64,000 nucleotides of DNA from assembly GCA_013239625.1 (NCBI GenBank), contig MU054212.1:4622270-4686269 (forward strand), given 5' to 3'. Shown in pieces: positions 1 to 11,830 of the stretch. The position numbers and the translations under genes were made by a program. The first letter of the stretch is position 1. Each line of letters opens with the position of its first letter. The notes under the pieces were generated by a model. The model did no database searches. It was given only the letters and a program-made list of their open reading frames with translations, and had not been told where the DNA came from. This stretch comes from Lama guanicoe (Eukaryota).

Positions 1-269
1 TAGCTTTTATTCCTAAATTCATTTCTTCAGAATTTATTGTAATTGGCTTCTCAATTGTCATCCTAAATTTAAACAACTTTGTTGTGTTGAACTGAAACAT
101 CTTTGTGCCTAAGAAATAGCTCTTTAGCTTGGCTTCTATATACATTTCCTTTTTGCTTTTATCTTGGAGATTCTCCTTTTGTTTGGTTACTTAATCTGGC
201 CCATTTTCATATTTATTACCAATGATTTTACTTTTCTTGTCAATGCCTAGTTTATCATATGTTAATATT

Positions 270-740
270 TTTCATTTATTTGTCAGGTTTTGGAGATAGA
301 AGGGTGTTTAAGACACAATTTCTGTCTTGAAACGTGATAAAGTCTAGTGGGGAGAAAGGTAAGTAAACAGACAATAATAATGCATTACAGTAGGTTTAAC
401 AGAGTCATTTTATACTGACGATAGAGAAGCATGTAATGGACAAATAATTCCAATCCAGCCTTGATATTGATAATGAGAGAAATAGTGGATGCATGCGGGT
501 TTGTGGGAGAACACATGTCTCAAATGGGTTTCATATGACAGCAGCATTAACAGTGAGGATGTTGGCAGAAGGTATCAGAGAGACAGCTGGAGACATAAGC
601 AAGAAATACCATGCTAGAGAGTTTGAATTTTATTTTGGACATGAAAGAGCTATTGAGGGATCTTGTAGTTGGAAACCACTAACATGATCCTACTTGAGAT
701 TTAGAAGAAAAATCTGGTTTTAGTAGGGAGAATGGTTGGG
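270..740 (-). mobile_element. Degraded L2 LINE 3' region
   Basis: Reverse L2-tail-like motifs such as GTCTAGTGGGGAGA..GTAAACAGACAATAATAATGCA; highly diverged. Confidence 0.55.
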
Positions 741-1664
741 AGGTATTCTCGGTGTACTTCTTAAACAGTCATAAAATAATTTCATTACTGAGCAAATTTA
801 TAACTGTGGCTATGTAATACTAACATAACCCCCAGGAAATGAATATGTTTGACCAAACTAATCCTTATATAGTTACCTTGTTATTGCTATTTTTACATTA
901 TTGTTATTGTTAGGGACTACTTTCAAAAATTATAAGGATCTTTTAGCCAACTCATTTTTATAGATGAAGTCATTACGAGATAAATACGTTAATCACACAC
1001 CCAAAGTTACACTGTATTTTATAACAATGAACCATATTTGTGTTGCTAGGGTGACTTTGTCCCTCAGGTTGGAGGTCAAGACTATTCCACTCACAGATCT
1101 CTTTCTAAGTGGGATTTTACTTTATTTTTTAATGAAAATTGAGAAATACATTTTCTTTCACTTTATAACACAGAGAAATGAATGTCGATTAATTAGTTTG
1201 CGCTGGGAAGTGGGGGCGTGGATAGGAGAACATAGCTCCTTGTATATTTTCAGCAACCTGAGGGAAAGCTTTATCATTTTCAGGGTTTAGATCAAGTATT
1301 AGACTATTTCCTTTATAATCTTAAGGGCCGCTATCCAAAACTGATAAATGTCTTAACAGCGTACAGTAGTTACTAGCTTTACACCTTTGAAGTAGTGAAA
1401 TGTTGCCCCTTACAACAATCTTGTTATATGGGGCAATATTTTTGCTGCTTTAGAAAATTAATCTTTAACACGTGCAAAAAAAAAATTTCTTGAACTGTGG
1501 ATCCGAGTCCAAAATTTATATAATATTTTTCAGGCTAGTGCTTTAAACTATTGTCGTATTGTATTTCTTGCCTCCTCCTTAACAAAAAGATACAGTTCCA
1601 TTCGCGTGTGCACAAAATTTAGATGCCATAACATTTCTGATGGTCTTTTATTGCACTGAGAGCT

Positions 1665-2085
1665 CATCTGCCCAACGTAGGAGCCTATGGTTAGAAATCA
1701 GCTCACGATCCACCTGTGGATCCTCTGCTTTCCACTCTTGTCTGTGTCTATGAAGCTGATCCACAGAGCTTGGTTCCTGGTGCCCTCGTCCTCTGGCCTC
1801 CTGTTGGCTCTCATCAATGGGAGAACCAGCAGAAGATCAGAGGACAGAAGGAGAATGAGGTCTGAATATATATTCTCCTGGAACCTCTTTAACTAAGCCA
1901 CCGTGAATTAGCCTCAGCCCTCCGGGCGACGTCTCTAGGTTCTGGGAACGACTCTGCCCTTTCAGCACTAGGGGGAGTTCGGCTCCCTGATGTTGCTAAT
2001 CAAAGTGTCTCACATGTTTTCTTATTCATTTCCTAAACTTTGTCTTTTATTTAAGTCTTTTCAACTGATCCATTTTAATATGGAT
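1665..2085 (+). mobile_element. Ancient ERVL solo LTR, LTR33-like
   Basis: CCTCTGGCCTCCTGTTGG..CAATGGGAG..CAGCAGAAGATCAGAGG..GAGAATGAGGTC resembles the recalled LTR33 consensus. Confidence 0.6.
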
Positions 2086-2249
2086 GTTTAAAATTGTCAT
2101 TTTATTGGAGAAACATATTAAAAAAAATTTTTATACTATCAAGAATGTGTTAATAAAAGGCAGCATATTTAGTGCTTAAAAGGACAGCCAGCAGCCTCAT
2201 TTCTAGCTTGGCTCTCCACTTTTTGCTGTGCGTGACATTGCAGACATTT

Positions 2250-2403
2250 ATATTTTTAATTTTATTTATTTTGTTTTTGTTTTGGGGGGAGGTAATTAGG
2301 TTTTATTTATTTACTTATTTATTTTAATGGAGGTACTGGGGATTGAACCCAGGACCTTGTGTATGTTAAGCATGCTGTCTACCATTTGAGCTATACTCTC
2401 CCC
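2250..2403 (-). mobile_element. tRNA-Ala-derived camelid SINE (Vic-1 type), inserted in a MIR remnant
   Basis: Minus strand has A-box TAGCTCAAATGG, B-box GGTTCAATCCC and an A-rich tail; imperfect 17-bp TSD TGACATTGCAGACATTT (2233-2249) / TGACACTGCATATATTT (2404-2420). Confidence 0.9.
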
Positions 2404-2528
2404 TGACACTGCATATATTTTTTAAACACATTTGTTCTTCAGGTTTTTTTATTCACAAACGAAATACGCATACATTAATGTACGTGTGTTTATGTATATA
2501 TTTATTTACACACACATACACTTTAGAG

Positions 2529-2841
2529 CAGCAGTGCCCAACAGAAATATAATCAGAACGGGAGTGATATCTACTTTAATATTTTTAGTAGTTACTTTAA
2601 AAAGAATAAAAGAAACAAGATTAATTTCAAAAATATATTTACTTAAACCAGTACATGAAAAATAGTATTTCAATGTGTATTCAGTATAAAAATAATGAGG
2701 TATTTTATATTTTTATGTACAAAATAAACCAAAAAACCTAGTTTATGTTTTACATTTATGGCACATCTCAATTTAGACAAGCCACATTTCAAACGCTCAA
2801 GGGCCAGGCATGGGTGGTGGCTCCGTTATTGGACAGGACAG
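2529..2841. mobile_element. hAT-Charlie MITE, MER33-like
   Basis: Starts CAGCAGTGCCCAACAGAAATATAAT, ends GCCACATTTCAA..TATTGGACAGGACAG; partial 8-bp TSD CTTTAGAG/CTTTAGCT. Confidence 0.8.
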
Positions 2842-3039
2842 CTTTAGCTTTTCTTCTAACCCACACCTACTTAAAACTGCCTAGTTGATCAGCCACTATT
2901 CTCTATTCTTTTCTGGTAACTAAACTGTGCTTATAGGATGCTGAATGCCTGGCACACACAGGTAACATTCTTACACATTTGTGAACATCTGCTTCTACCA
3001 GTTGAATGACATATTTATGAAGAATCAATTATATTTTTT

Positions 3040-3535
3040 CTAGATCTGTGTATATTGGTTATATTTTTCATTGTAATAATTATTTATTTGTTTATGAACC
3101 AATGAGATATCAATGTGAAAAGAAATGAGTTGTTTCTATGAAAATCAGACTATTTTGAAAAGGATTCATAAAGGAGAGACACCAAATTTTTTCTTTTTGA
3201 ATTAGATGCAGTAGTGAAAACCAAAAGACTGAGGGAAAATGGTCAAAAGCTAAAGGGGTTTTGTGTCCAGGCTATTTTCTATCCTGCTCTGCTTAGAGAA
3301 AATGAACCTGGATTGCATCATCTGATTCCATGGTTGTGGTTAAGGAAAAAAATAAAATGCAGAACTGATATACAGAGATATGTGATAAGAGAAAAGACCT
3401 TGATATTATATCCACAAATTGTTAAACTGTGTTTTACTTTTATATTTATAAAGCAAAAAATTAAAAAAAAGCTTAGATTTTGCCTATGTCACTTTAATGA
3501 CTCGTCACTTCAACCATTGTTTTTGATTAACTGGC
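3040..3535 (+). mobile_element. Tigger (TcMar) DNA transposon relic with decayed CENP-B-type HTH coding remnant
   Basis: ORF 3214-3633 contains WLWLRK..YVIREKTLILY, resembling the Tigger HTH motif LW.WF...IIKEKAL.L; degenerate and fused to an L2 tail. Confidence 0.5.
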
Positions 3536-3546
3536 CGTGGCCTTTC

Positions 3547-3670
3547 TACTGCAAGCCCCACGAGGGCAGGTGTCACATGTGTTTTGTTTGCCACTATATT
3601 CTCGGGACTAGAATGTTGGTTGGCTCAAAGTAGATGCTCAACAAGTATTTGCTGACAGATTGACTGACTC
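3547..3670 (+). mobile_element. L2 3' end
   Basis: ACTGCAAGCCCCACGAGGGCAGG..GTAGATGCTCAACAAGTATTTGCTGA matches the L2 terminus. Confidence 0.75.
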
Positions 3671-4289
3671 ATTCTTTCCATATGGCAGCTCCTACCAGGC
3701 ATGCCTGTTGGTTTTTCAGTTTATAGTTTGCTGTCACATCTTTGAAAACATGATATTGTATTATTTACAGCAGACATAATTTTATGGTCCTATTTTTCTA
3801 AGTGAAAAGTTATTCTAGTCGTCTAGCAGAAGTAAACTCATCCAAAATTTAACTCAATGAATTTAGACTTGATGTTCTTTTAGAACAATGCTTTGCTGAG
3901 GAAAATGGAGAAGAGTAAATAAAATTGTCTATCTTATCCTGAGAAGGTCAAAAGAACTTTGTTTTCATATGCTTCTGGGGGAGCTGTGAATAAGTATCCT
4001 ATGATCTCATCCGGATTCACAATCTGTTCATCAAAACACCTAAATTTATCTCCTTCTTAAGTATCCCTATTAACAGACACTCACTGTGGTTATACACATA
4101 GACCAATTTTGAAAATTCCCTGAAATTAGGCATACAAATAGTATGTCAATAGTTGTAGAGTTTACTCCCCCTACCACACACTGGGTGAAGATTTAATCAC
4201 AGTGTAACTAGTGGCAGAAAATATTTAAATTAGAACTAGAATCCTTCCTGAGGAACTTGCCAATGTAATTATCTTTTTCATAGTTTTCA

Positions 4290-4860
4290 AAATATATCTT
4301 TTTAATGTAAACGTTTAAATTAATGTATTACCTATACAAAAATGAATACATCAAAAGTGTACAGCTTGGTCAATTTTCACAAAGTGAACACACTGTAAAC
4401 AGCACTGAGATCAAGGCCTGGAAGCCCTTCTTGTGTCTTCTTCAAGTCCCCACTCTCCCTAATAGTATCTAATATCCTGACTTGATCACTATAGATTACT
4501 TTTACCATTATGTACACTTTATATTAATGGAATCACTCAGTATGTACTCTGTTTTGTTTGGCTTCTTTCACTCAATAAATGCTTTTTAGATTCATTCACG
4601 TGTGTTGCTGTAGTTTGTTTATTCTCACTGACTTGTGGTATTCCATTGTATAACTACACCACAAATTTGAATCCATTCTTCTACTGATGGATATGGGGGT
4701 TGTTCTCAGGTTTTGGCTCTTATGAACACCGCTGGTCTGAACATTCTAGTGTGTGTCTTTTTGGCGAATATAGGAACATGTCCCTAACAAGTATAAACCC
4801 AGGAGTGGAAATTCGGGGTCATAACATGCTCAGGTGTTAACTTGTAATAGATACCACCTT
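4290..4860 (-). mobile_element. Old L1M (L1MD/ME-type) 3' region
   Basis: Typical antisense L1M motifs ATGGAATCA..GTATGTACT, GGCTTCTTTCACTCA, TATTCCATTGTAT, CCCAGGAGTGGAA. Confidence 0.8.
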
Positions 4861-5407
4861 ATGGCCTCTTCTGGATTGAGTCATTTTACAAAAATAAAAG
4901 GCAAAGGAGATTTTGGTCCCAGAAATTTCAATTAATGGTTATATTAGAAGATATTCTATAACATGTATTTGTTAATCTCTAAGTAGAGTTTTTAGAATAT
5001 TTTTCTCTTGAAATGGAAAAAAATCTGTGAGCTAGTAGACAGTTAATATCCATTATGTGGGGGTTTTTTGTTTGTTTTTGTAGTTTTAATGGTGTTTTAA
5101 TTGTCCACAACTATAATAACATATTTACTAGTAAAAAATCAAGTTAATATTAGGAAAATATTATACCAATAATTGATTTATTTTCTAAGTGTATCAGGAC
5201 TTAGCCTGTGGAAGTAAAATTATTAGAAATGACACTTCCCATTTGTATATATTAAGTTAAAGACACCATTTTGTAAAATTCATATTATACTGTTTAGAAA
5301 TGACCTTTATCATTTCTGAAAACCCCATGAAATATATTTTCCAGTTTTGTTTCTTTGCATATACAGTCATTTACTCTCAATAGTAAATATTGGATAGAAT
5401 GCTGTAT

Positions 5408-5692
5408 AAATAGAAGAGGAGAGAGCACTTCCAAACTCACTTTACCAGACCAGCATTACCCTAATACCAAAACCAAAGTACCACAAGGACAAAAGATTAT
5501 AGGACAATACCCTTGATGAACACAGATGCAAAGATCCTCAATAAAAATATTACCAAACTGAATTCAACAGTACATTGAAAGGATTATACACCGTGATCAA
5601 ACGAGACTTATAGTCCAGGGAGGCAAGGACGGTTCAGCACCCTCAACTCCATGTGATGTACCACATTAACAAAAGAAGAGATAAAAATCACA
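5408..5692 (+). mobile_element. Isolated internal L1 ORF2 fragment (start of the RT region), frameshifted
   Basis: Translates piecewise to LPNSLYQTSITLIPKP and LMNTDAKILNK, with later decayed IIH.DQ and HINK..DKNH motifs of L1 ORF2p. Confidence 0.92.
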
Positions 5693-6199
5693 CAGTGATT
5701 TTAGCCTTTTTCTCTTTATTCTTTGCTATGTCAACAACTATGATGTCCCCAAACCAAATATCCAACTCAGTCCTCTTTCCTGAGAAATGCATTTAGACCT
5801 CATATTTCCAATTGTCTGCATATGTGACGGCGTGCATATCTCATTTCTGCTTCAAATTTAATTTAGTACCATATTTTTTGTTGCAAACTGGAATTCCCTT
5901 TTTGTACTTCCTATTTTGGCTAGTGGTATGCAGTCTATGATCAAAATTGTATATTATCTTAAATATTTATTAATGCATTCTCTTTCTTTAATCTACCTTT
6001 AATCAAATACCAAAATAATAGTGAACTATTTCTTTCCCCTTTTCCCCTTTTTATGACTAACATGTTTTCTGCACACATAATGTTTCCCATGTACTATGTA
6101 TGTTTTTATTGCTCTGAGAGACTCCAATCTTCAGTTCTTCAAGTCCATCCTCTGCATGCTGGACATTGTATGTATGCTTCCCTAACAAGTATGTAGGGC

Positions 6200-6570
6200 T
6201 GTGCACTTAACAAACATTGATTATGCACATGTATGTTGTTTTGGTTAATTAGGATACAAATGTGACTGAAACATACTGTTTGTGATCTCAAGAAACTCAC
6301 ACTTAAACAGAGAAGACAAAGCTATAAATAATTCCTGGACAATTATGAGCTGATATAAGTACCATGGGGAATTTGGGGAATTAAAGGGGTTTTCATTGTT
6401 TCAACCGAGTATTAATTGAGGGACTATTTTGTGTATTGTTCTATACACTGGGGATATAGAATTGCACTGGACAAAAAGATCTCTGAGCTCATGAGCTGTG
6501 TTTTCAATGACAGGGAAAGAAGGGGTCAAGGAAGGCTTCATGAGGAGATGGCATGGGGTGAGTTTTAAAA
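6200..6570 (-). mobile_element. L2 fragments
   Basis: Two antisense L2 tail starts (CAAACATTGATTATGCAC; TATTAATTGAG..ACACTGGGGATATAG) and GGGGTCAAGGAAGGCTTC..GAGGAGATG. Confidence 0.6.
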
Positions 6571-6672
6571 TAACTATTTCTGCTCATATGGCTTAAGTAT
6601 TTGTATTTCGATAAAAGACTCAAAGATGACTGTGATGCATATGGTTAGAAATCATTAATATCGTTCCCTGTT

Positions 6673-6794
6673 TTTTTGGGGGGGGGATTAAGTTTGTTTT
6701 TTGTTTATTTTTAAATGTCGAGGTAATGGGGACTGAACCCAGGATCTTGTGCATGTTAAGCATGCACTCTACCAGTGAGCTATACCCTCCCCTC
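6673..6794 (-). mobile_element. tRNA-Ala-derived camelid SINE (Vic-1 type)
   Basis: A and B boxes on the minus strand; 17-bp TSD TAATATCGTTCCCTGTT (6656-6672) / TAACATCATTCCCTGTT (6795-6811). Confidence 0.92.
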
Positions 6795-8015
6795 TAACAT
6801 CATTCCCTGTTGCTTAGATAAACTTCCAGCAAAACAAGGAGCTTTCACATCCACAATGGACATATGCTGATCCCAACAGATGTAATGAGATTCCCCACTA
6901 TAAAGTCTTCTCTATCAAAACAATTCCAAGTCTCCTGGAGTCACCTTCATTTGTTATTTCAATCAATCACTCAAGTAATCAGTAAATATTTATTCCTTTC
7001 TCTGATTTAGACCAAAAAATAATGAAAGGCTTCTCTTAGAAAGTGATATTTTAGGTACAATTTCAAGGATAAGCAGGCATCACTCGGGTGAGAGGAAGGG
7101 GGAGTGAGGCGAACGCCACATGCTGTTCATTTGGGAGTGTGGCTTTCGGGAGATGGCTGCTTAAGGAACTGAAGCAAGGGCAGGAGTGGAGTGTGAAGAA
7201 CAATCTGTCTTCTCAACAGATTTAAGTCTTTTCAGTTCAGACTCCAGAGGCAAAACTATTTTCACTTACATGGCTCCAGAACATGTCAGAGTGCTTGATA
7301 CAGAGTAGGGTCTTAATGAATGTTCGTTGAATAAACTAACACACATAATAACAGATTGAAATTTACTGGTAACTGATAGTGGCTTGGGCTTATGACAGTA
7401 TATGAAATCATAGAGTTTCTCAAAAATATTTTGTCAATTTTTTTTTTCCAGAGGCACTAAGAAGAGGTACATTCCCTCGGTACGGTTCACACTTTGTAAA
7501 CGCTATAGCTGCGGCAACCCCACAGCTGCCTCCAGGAATCAATGGAAGTAGACGGAACAGCCCTCTGGGTCTTTTTCTCGGCTGCTCCCTCAGGCTACCT
7601 GGATTTCTAATGCACTCAGCACCCGAGGGATTACTGTGATGGCTATTTCATTTGAAAATATTTGCACTATAACTGATGCCCTCAACTCCAAATACGAATG
7701 AGAATAGTAGGCATTTCAGAAAATGCTACAGCCATCAGAATATTTTGTGCTTCCTAAGTGACTGCTTTCTTGACACTTACAATAAGGTCAACCATGCAAA
7801 GCCTAGAAAATCTGCTTATTCCTTTGGTTCTAGGGAGGCTGTAGGAAGCAGTAGAAGATGCGAGGTAGCTTTCAAACACGTACGTTTTCAACTTTTTACT
7901 CAGTGCTTAACGTTAACTGACCTCTAGCAATTTACTTCCTCTTTGTGGGCCTCGGTCGGTATGCATGTAACCTGTAGTTAAAATCTAGGCGCTTGTGGGA
8001 ATAAACCTATACCTA

Positions 8016-9487
8016 TGTGAAATAATAGAAAATGTGTATGCGGGTCTCTGTGTCTGGTTCTTAGTGCAGAGCTCCTAAAACTCTTGCGGTATCCTAAGTG
8101 GTAAGAACACGAGGGGCTTGTCTTGTTCTAATATTTGTCTTTGACCCCATCCCTGTCAGAGGGTTAAATTCCTAAGTGATAAGAGCATTATGAGCATCTT
8201 TTGTCCCATTGAGCCAACTCTGGGTGGGCTTCTAGAGGGCTTCTGGGTGGGGGCTGGTCACCAGAAAGACCAAGCCTGATTAGAAGCCTGGAAGTTTCAG
8301 CCCCACCCCTTATCCTCCAGAGGGCGGGGAGAAGCTGAAAATGGAGTTAATAATTGATCAAGCCTACGCTGAGGAAGCCTCTGCAAAATCCCAGCAGTAG
8401 GGGTCTGGGGAGCTTCCAGGCTGGTGAACACACCCACACCGGGAGGGCGATGGAGACAGAAGCTTCCGCAGTCGGGACCCTCCCAGACCTCGCCCTACGC
8501 ATCTCTTCATCTGGCTGTTTGCCTGTATCCTTTATCATATCCTTTAATAAACTGATAAAGGTAAATAAGTGTTTCCCTGAGCTTTGTGAGCTGCTCTAGC
8601 AAAGTAATTGAGCCCAAGTTGGGGATCACTGGCACCTCTTGAGACAGGAGGGGAAGGCGCAGGACACAAACACTCGGGAAATGAAGAGTACAGCTGTCGG
8701 GATGCGATAAAGACCAGCTAGAACCAGCTGAAACCACGGTGGTTCTGAGAATGGTCCAGTCACTGACCTTTAGCTCATCATACCTTCATTGTAACGCTGA
8801 AAGTCACTCCCCCTTATGCTGTGACAGTTCTGAGGTGGAGCATAAAAGGCCAAAAAGTGGGCAGTGGCCCAATTCCTGGGAAATCCTCACCTTTCCCCCA
8901 AATAGGAAGAATATTCCTTCCACCCATTGACCTATGAAATCCCGTAACCCATAAAAAACCTACAACCCCAAGCCCTGAGGACACTCACTTTCTGAGACAG
9001 TCCGCATGCTGCCTATGGAGTGTGTATCTCTCTAAATAAACTCGCCTTCCCTTTTCTTTGTCTCACTCTTGACTTCTTCCCTGCGTGAAGCCAAGAACCC
9101 TTATTTGGCGGTCCATTCTACGGACTCCTGTCACTCCCAAGACGGGACACTTCCCTCTCCTGCAACACTGATCTGTAATGAAGCACAGGTGACAGCCTGG
9201 GCTTGTGACTGGCATCTGAAGCGGGCCAGGCAGTTCTGCGGGCCGAGCCCTCTCCCTGTGGGGTAAGATGCTATCTCCAGGTAGACAGTGTCAGAATTGA
9301 GTTAAATTGAAGGACACAGAGAATTGCCTGTTGTGGAGGAAAACCTCCACACATTTGGTGACAGAAGTGTCAGAAATAAAGCGTTCTGCGTGAACAGTAA
9401 AGGCTACTTAGAGGGAAGAAACTCATAGGAAGGAAGAACTGGGTTTTTCCCTACACAGAAGGAGAAACACTGGGTTTTTCTAATTCA
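8016..9487 (+). mobile_element. MER21-like solo LTR, split by a second LTR
   Basis: TG...CA ends; 5-bp TSD ACCTA/GCCTA; MER21 motifs CAGAGCTCCTAAAAC, GGGGCTGGTCACCAGAAAGACCAAG, GGGACCCTCCCAGACCTCGCCCTA; resumes at 9168. Confidence 0.85.
8640..9167 (+). mobile_element. MER41-like ERV1 solo LTR nested in MER21
   Basis: Starts TGAGACAGGA and ends GCAACA; CCTATGGAGT, AATAAA and GAAGCCAAGAACCC motifs of the MER41 family; clearly interrupts MER21. Confidence 0.75.
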
Positions 9488-11009
9488 GCCTAATATAAGC
9501 ACAGTTCTTTGTACATATGACACACTCAGAGAGCCATTTCCATTCCCCCACTTTGATTCTCCTATATTGTGCTTGTTTTTGGAATTTTAACATTGAAATT
9601 CTAGGAAGAAGTGGTAAACCAGTATTTCTAAAATTCAAATCCTGCTAATTTGATTTCACTATATCAAACACACAACAACCCTATTCAGGTGCTGTAAGGG
9701 TCATAAGAAAAATAACCTCACACGTGTTGAGAAACTTCATTTTGTTGCCACTCAGCTCTAACTTAAGATCTCTATGTTTGACTGTTCATTTTGACCGTAT
9801 TGGGGGTTATAAGTGAAAATTCATTCCATTTGTACTTATCTTTCTCTCAGGGAAAATAAGGGACTTTAAAAATAATATTCACACAAGATGATCAGGCAAT
9901 AATCCAGAATTTTCTTTTCTGCAAATTATAGTGTAAGTTCTGTCCCGTTGTGGTTCTATTTTGACAGCTGTATCTCTGAACTGTGCCCAGTATTTCCGAC
10001 TCTGTCCTGCCCGTCTTGACCCTCCATCTCTCACGACATTACTTCCTGTGGAGCCGCTTGTACTAATTGCTGAGATTCCCTTTCATTAGCTCCTATAGGA
10101 CCCTTTGGTGTTTGACTGTCCTTCTAAACATACAGCTCTATTTCTTCAAAGTAGCAGTTCAATTATCCTGTTTTCTGGATCCTGTCTCTTGTTAAGTATA
10201 TCAATTTTCTCAATTTATGAATAGCAGCTTGGTTTGACCATACCTTTCCTGCATTTTTGTTTGTTTGTTTTGTTTTTAAGTAATTCCTTTGGAGTTCCTG
10301 AACCCCCAACCTGTTAATTATTCTGCCAAATACATTGTTTGAAATTCGTTAGTCTTATTTTTAAGATGGCTCCCACCTTTATTCTTGAAGGATGTGTCTG
10401 AAACCCTGTTGCCTGGTTGCCAAGGCAAGCACGTTCTAGAAGCTGCTATTTGATATGAAATCTAAAATATTTTGGTACCAGTATAGTTATGTCACAGTTA
10501 TCCTTTTTTCTACTTTTTTAAATATATATTTAGAAATATTTTCTCTGGGCAGAAGTAATCCTCATCTTTGCTTCTCTTTTATAGAGTTTAATGTATCTAC
10601 TTAGTTATCAATAATACATTCAAGATTCTGTAAAAGGAAGATCTTTTCTCATTCTCTAACAGAAACAAAACTGAATTTATCTCTTAACCATTTTCAAGGT
10701 GTATATGTCAAATGCTAATTCAAGTGAAATCTCACTGCTTTTTAAGTTACAATGATTCAAACGGTAAACCCCATCAGTATGAATATCTGTTCTATGGATA
10801 ATAAAAGTCATATCACCATTGTTTTAATTATATTAATACTTGTTTTCAAGCTATTTATAGCTTTATTTGCCCAATCAAACATGTGTTAGATGTGTATATA
10901 TTTTCGAGAGCGAGAAGGAAAATAATTATCTCTGTTGAGCTGATAAAATTTCACCTATTGCAAGTTTGCACTATTCAGCAATAAATTAATAAGAAAAATA
11001 ATTTTTTAC

Positions 11010-11830
11010 TGTATAGATTGTATCTTATCACTGTAAGCTTCCCTTGCTTCCAAAAAGAAATATAGCACACACATACAAAAATACGTAAGACATAAACATA
11101 AAACTCAAATGATTTATTATTTATTAACTCAGCGAAAACCCAAGCAAACACCACCAGATCCAGAAAGAGAACATTACCAGCATCTCAAAAGCCATACTCA
11201 CTTCTCCTCACAATCACCATCTACGTCCTTTCTTAAGGTGATTATTATCTTGACTTTAAACACTGTGGTATGATTTTCATGTTTACATAAATGTGGTAGC
11301 CTTCCAAGTGCCCTCCTAGGTCTGATTTTTTCCTCCGGATTGTTCCATAGATCCTTGAAGCGGTAATTTATTGCCATTGCCTTATAGAGTTTTATTACAT
11401 AAATACACCATAATTTACTTATCTTGTCTATGGTTGATGAGCATTTTTGTTGTTTCTAATTTTGGCGATTATAGATAAAGCTGTCGTGAACATTCTTATG
11501 CATGTCTTTGGGTACATAACAGTAAGTTGCATTTGTAAGTAGTGATGATATTATCAGTTCATATCTATAATTTTGATAGATAATTCCAAAGAATTTTCTA
11601 AAACGGTTATCCAATTTAGACTCTGACTAGCTCCTCTTGCCACACATCATTGCCAACACTGTTAGACACAGAAACCAATCTGTGGATTGCTTTTTTGGAC
11701 TCTCATTTAACCAACAAAACCTGATTTTAATATAATCCAATTTATTAAATCTTTTCCTTTAAGATTATTAAATATTATTATTATTTTGAATGTGTTCTAT
11801 TTAAGAAATCATATAGGTATTTCATATTAT
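11010..11830 (-). mobile_element. Old L1ME-type fragments
   Basis: Antisense L1M 3' motifs such as GTTGATGAGCATTTTTGTTGTTTC and GTGAACATTCTTATGCATGTCTTTG. Confidence 0.65.
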
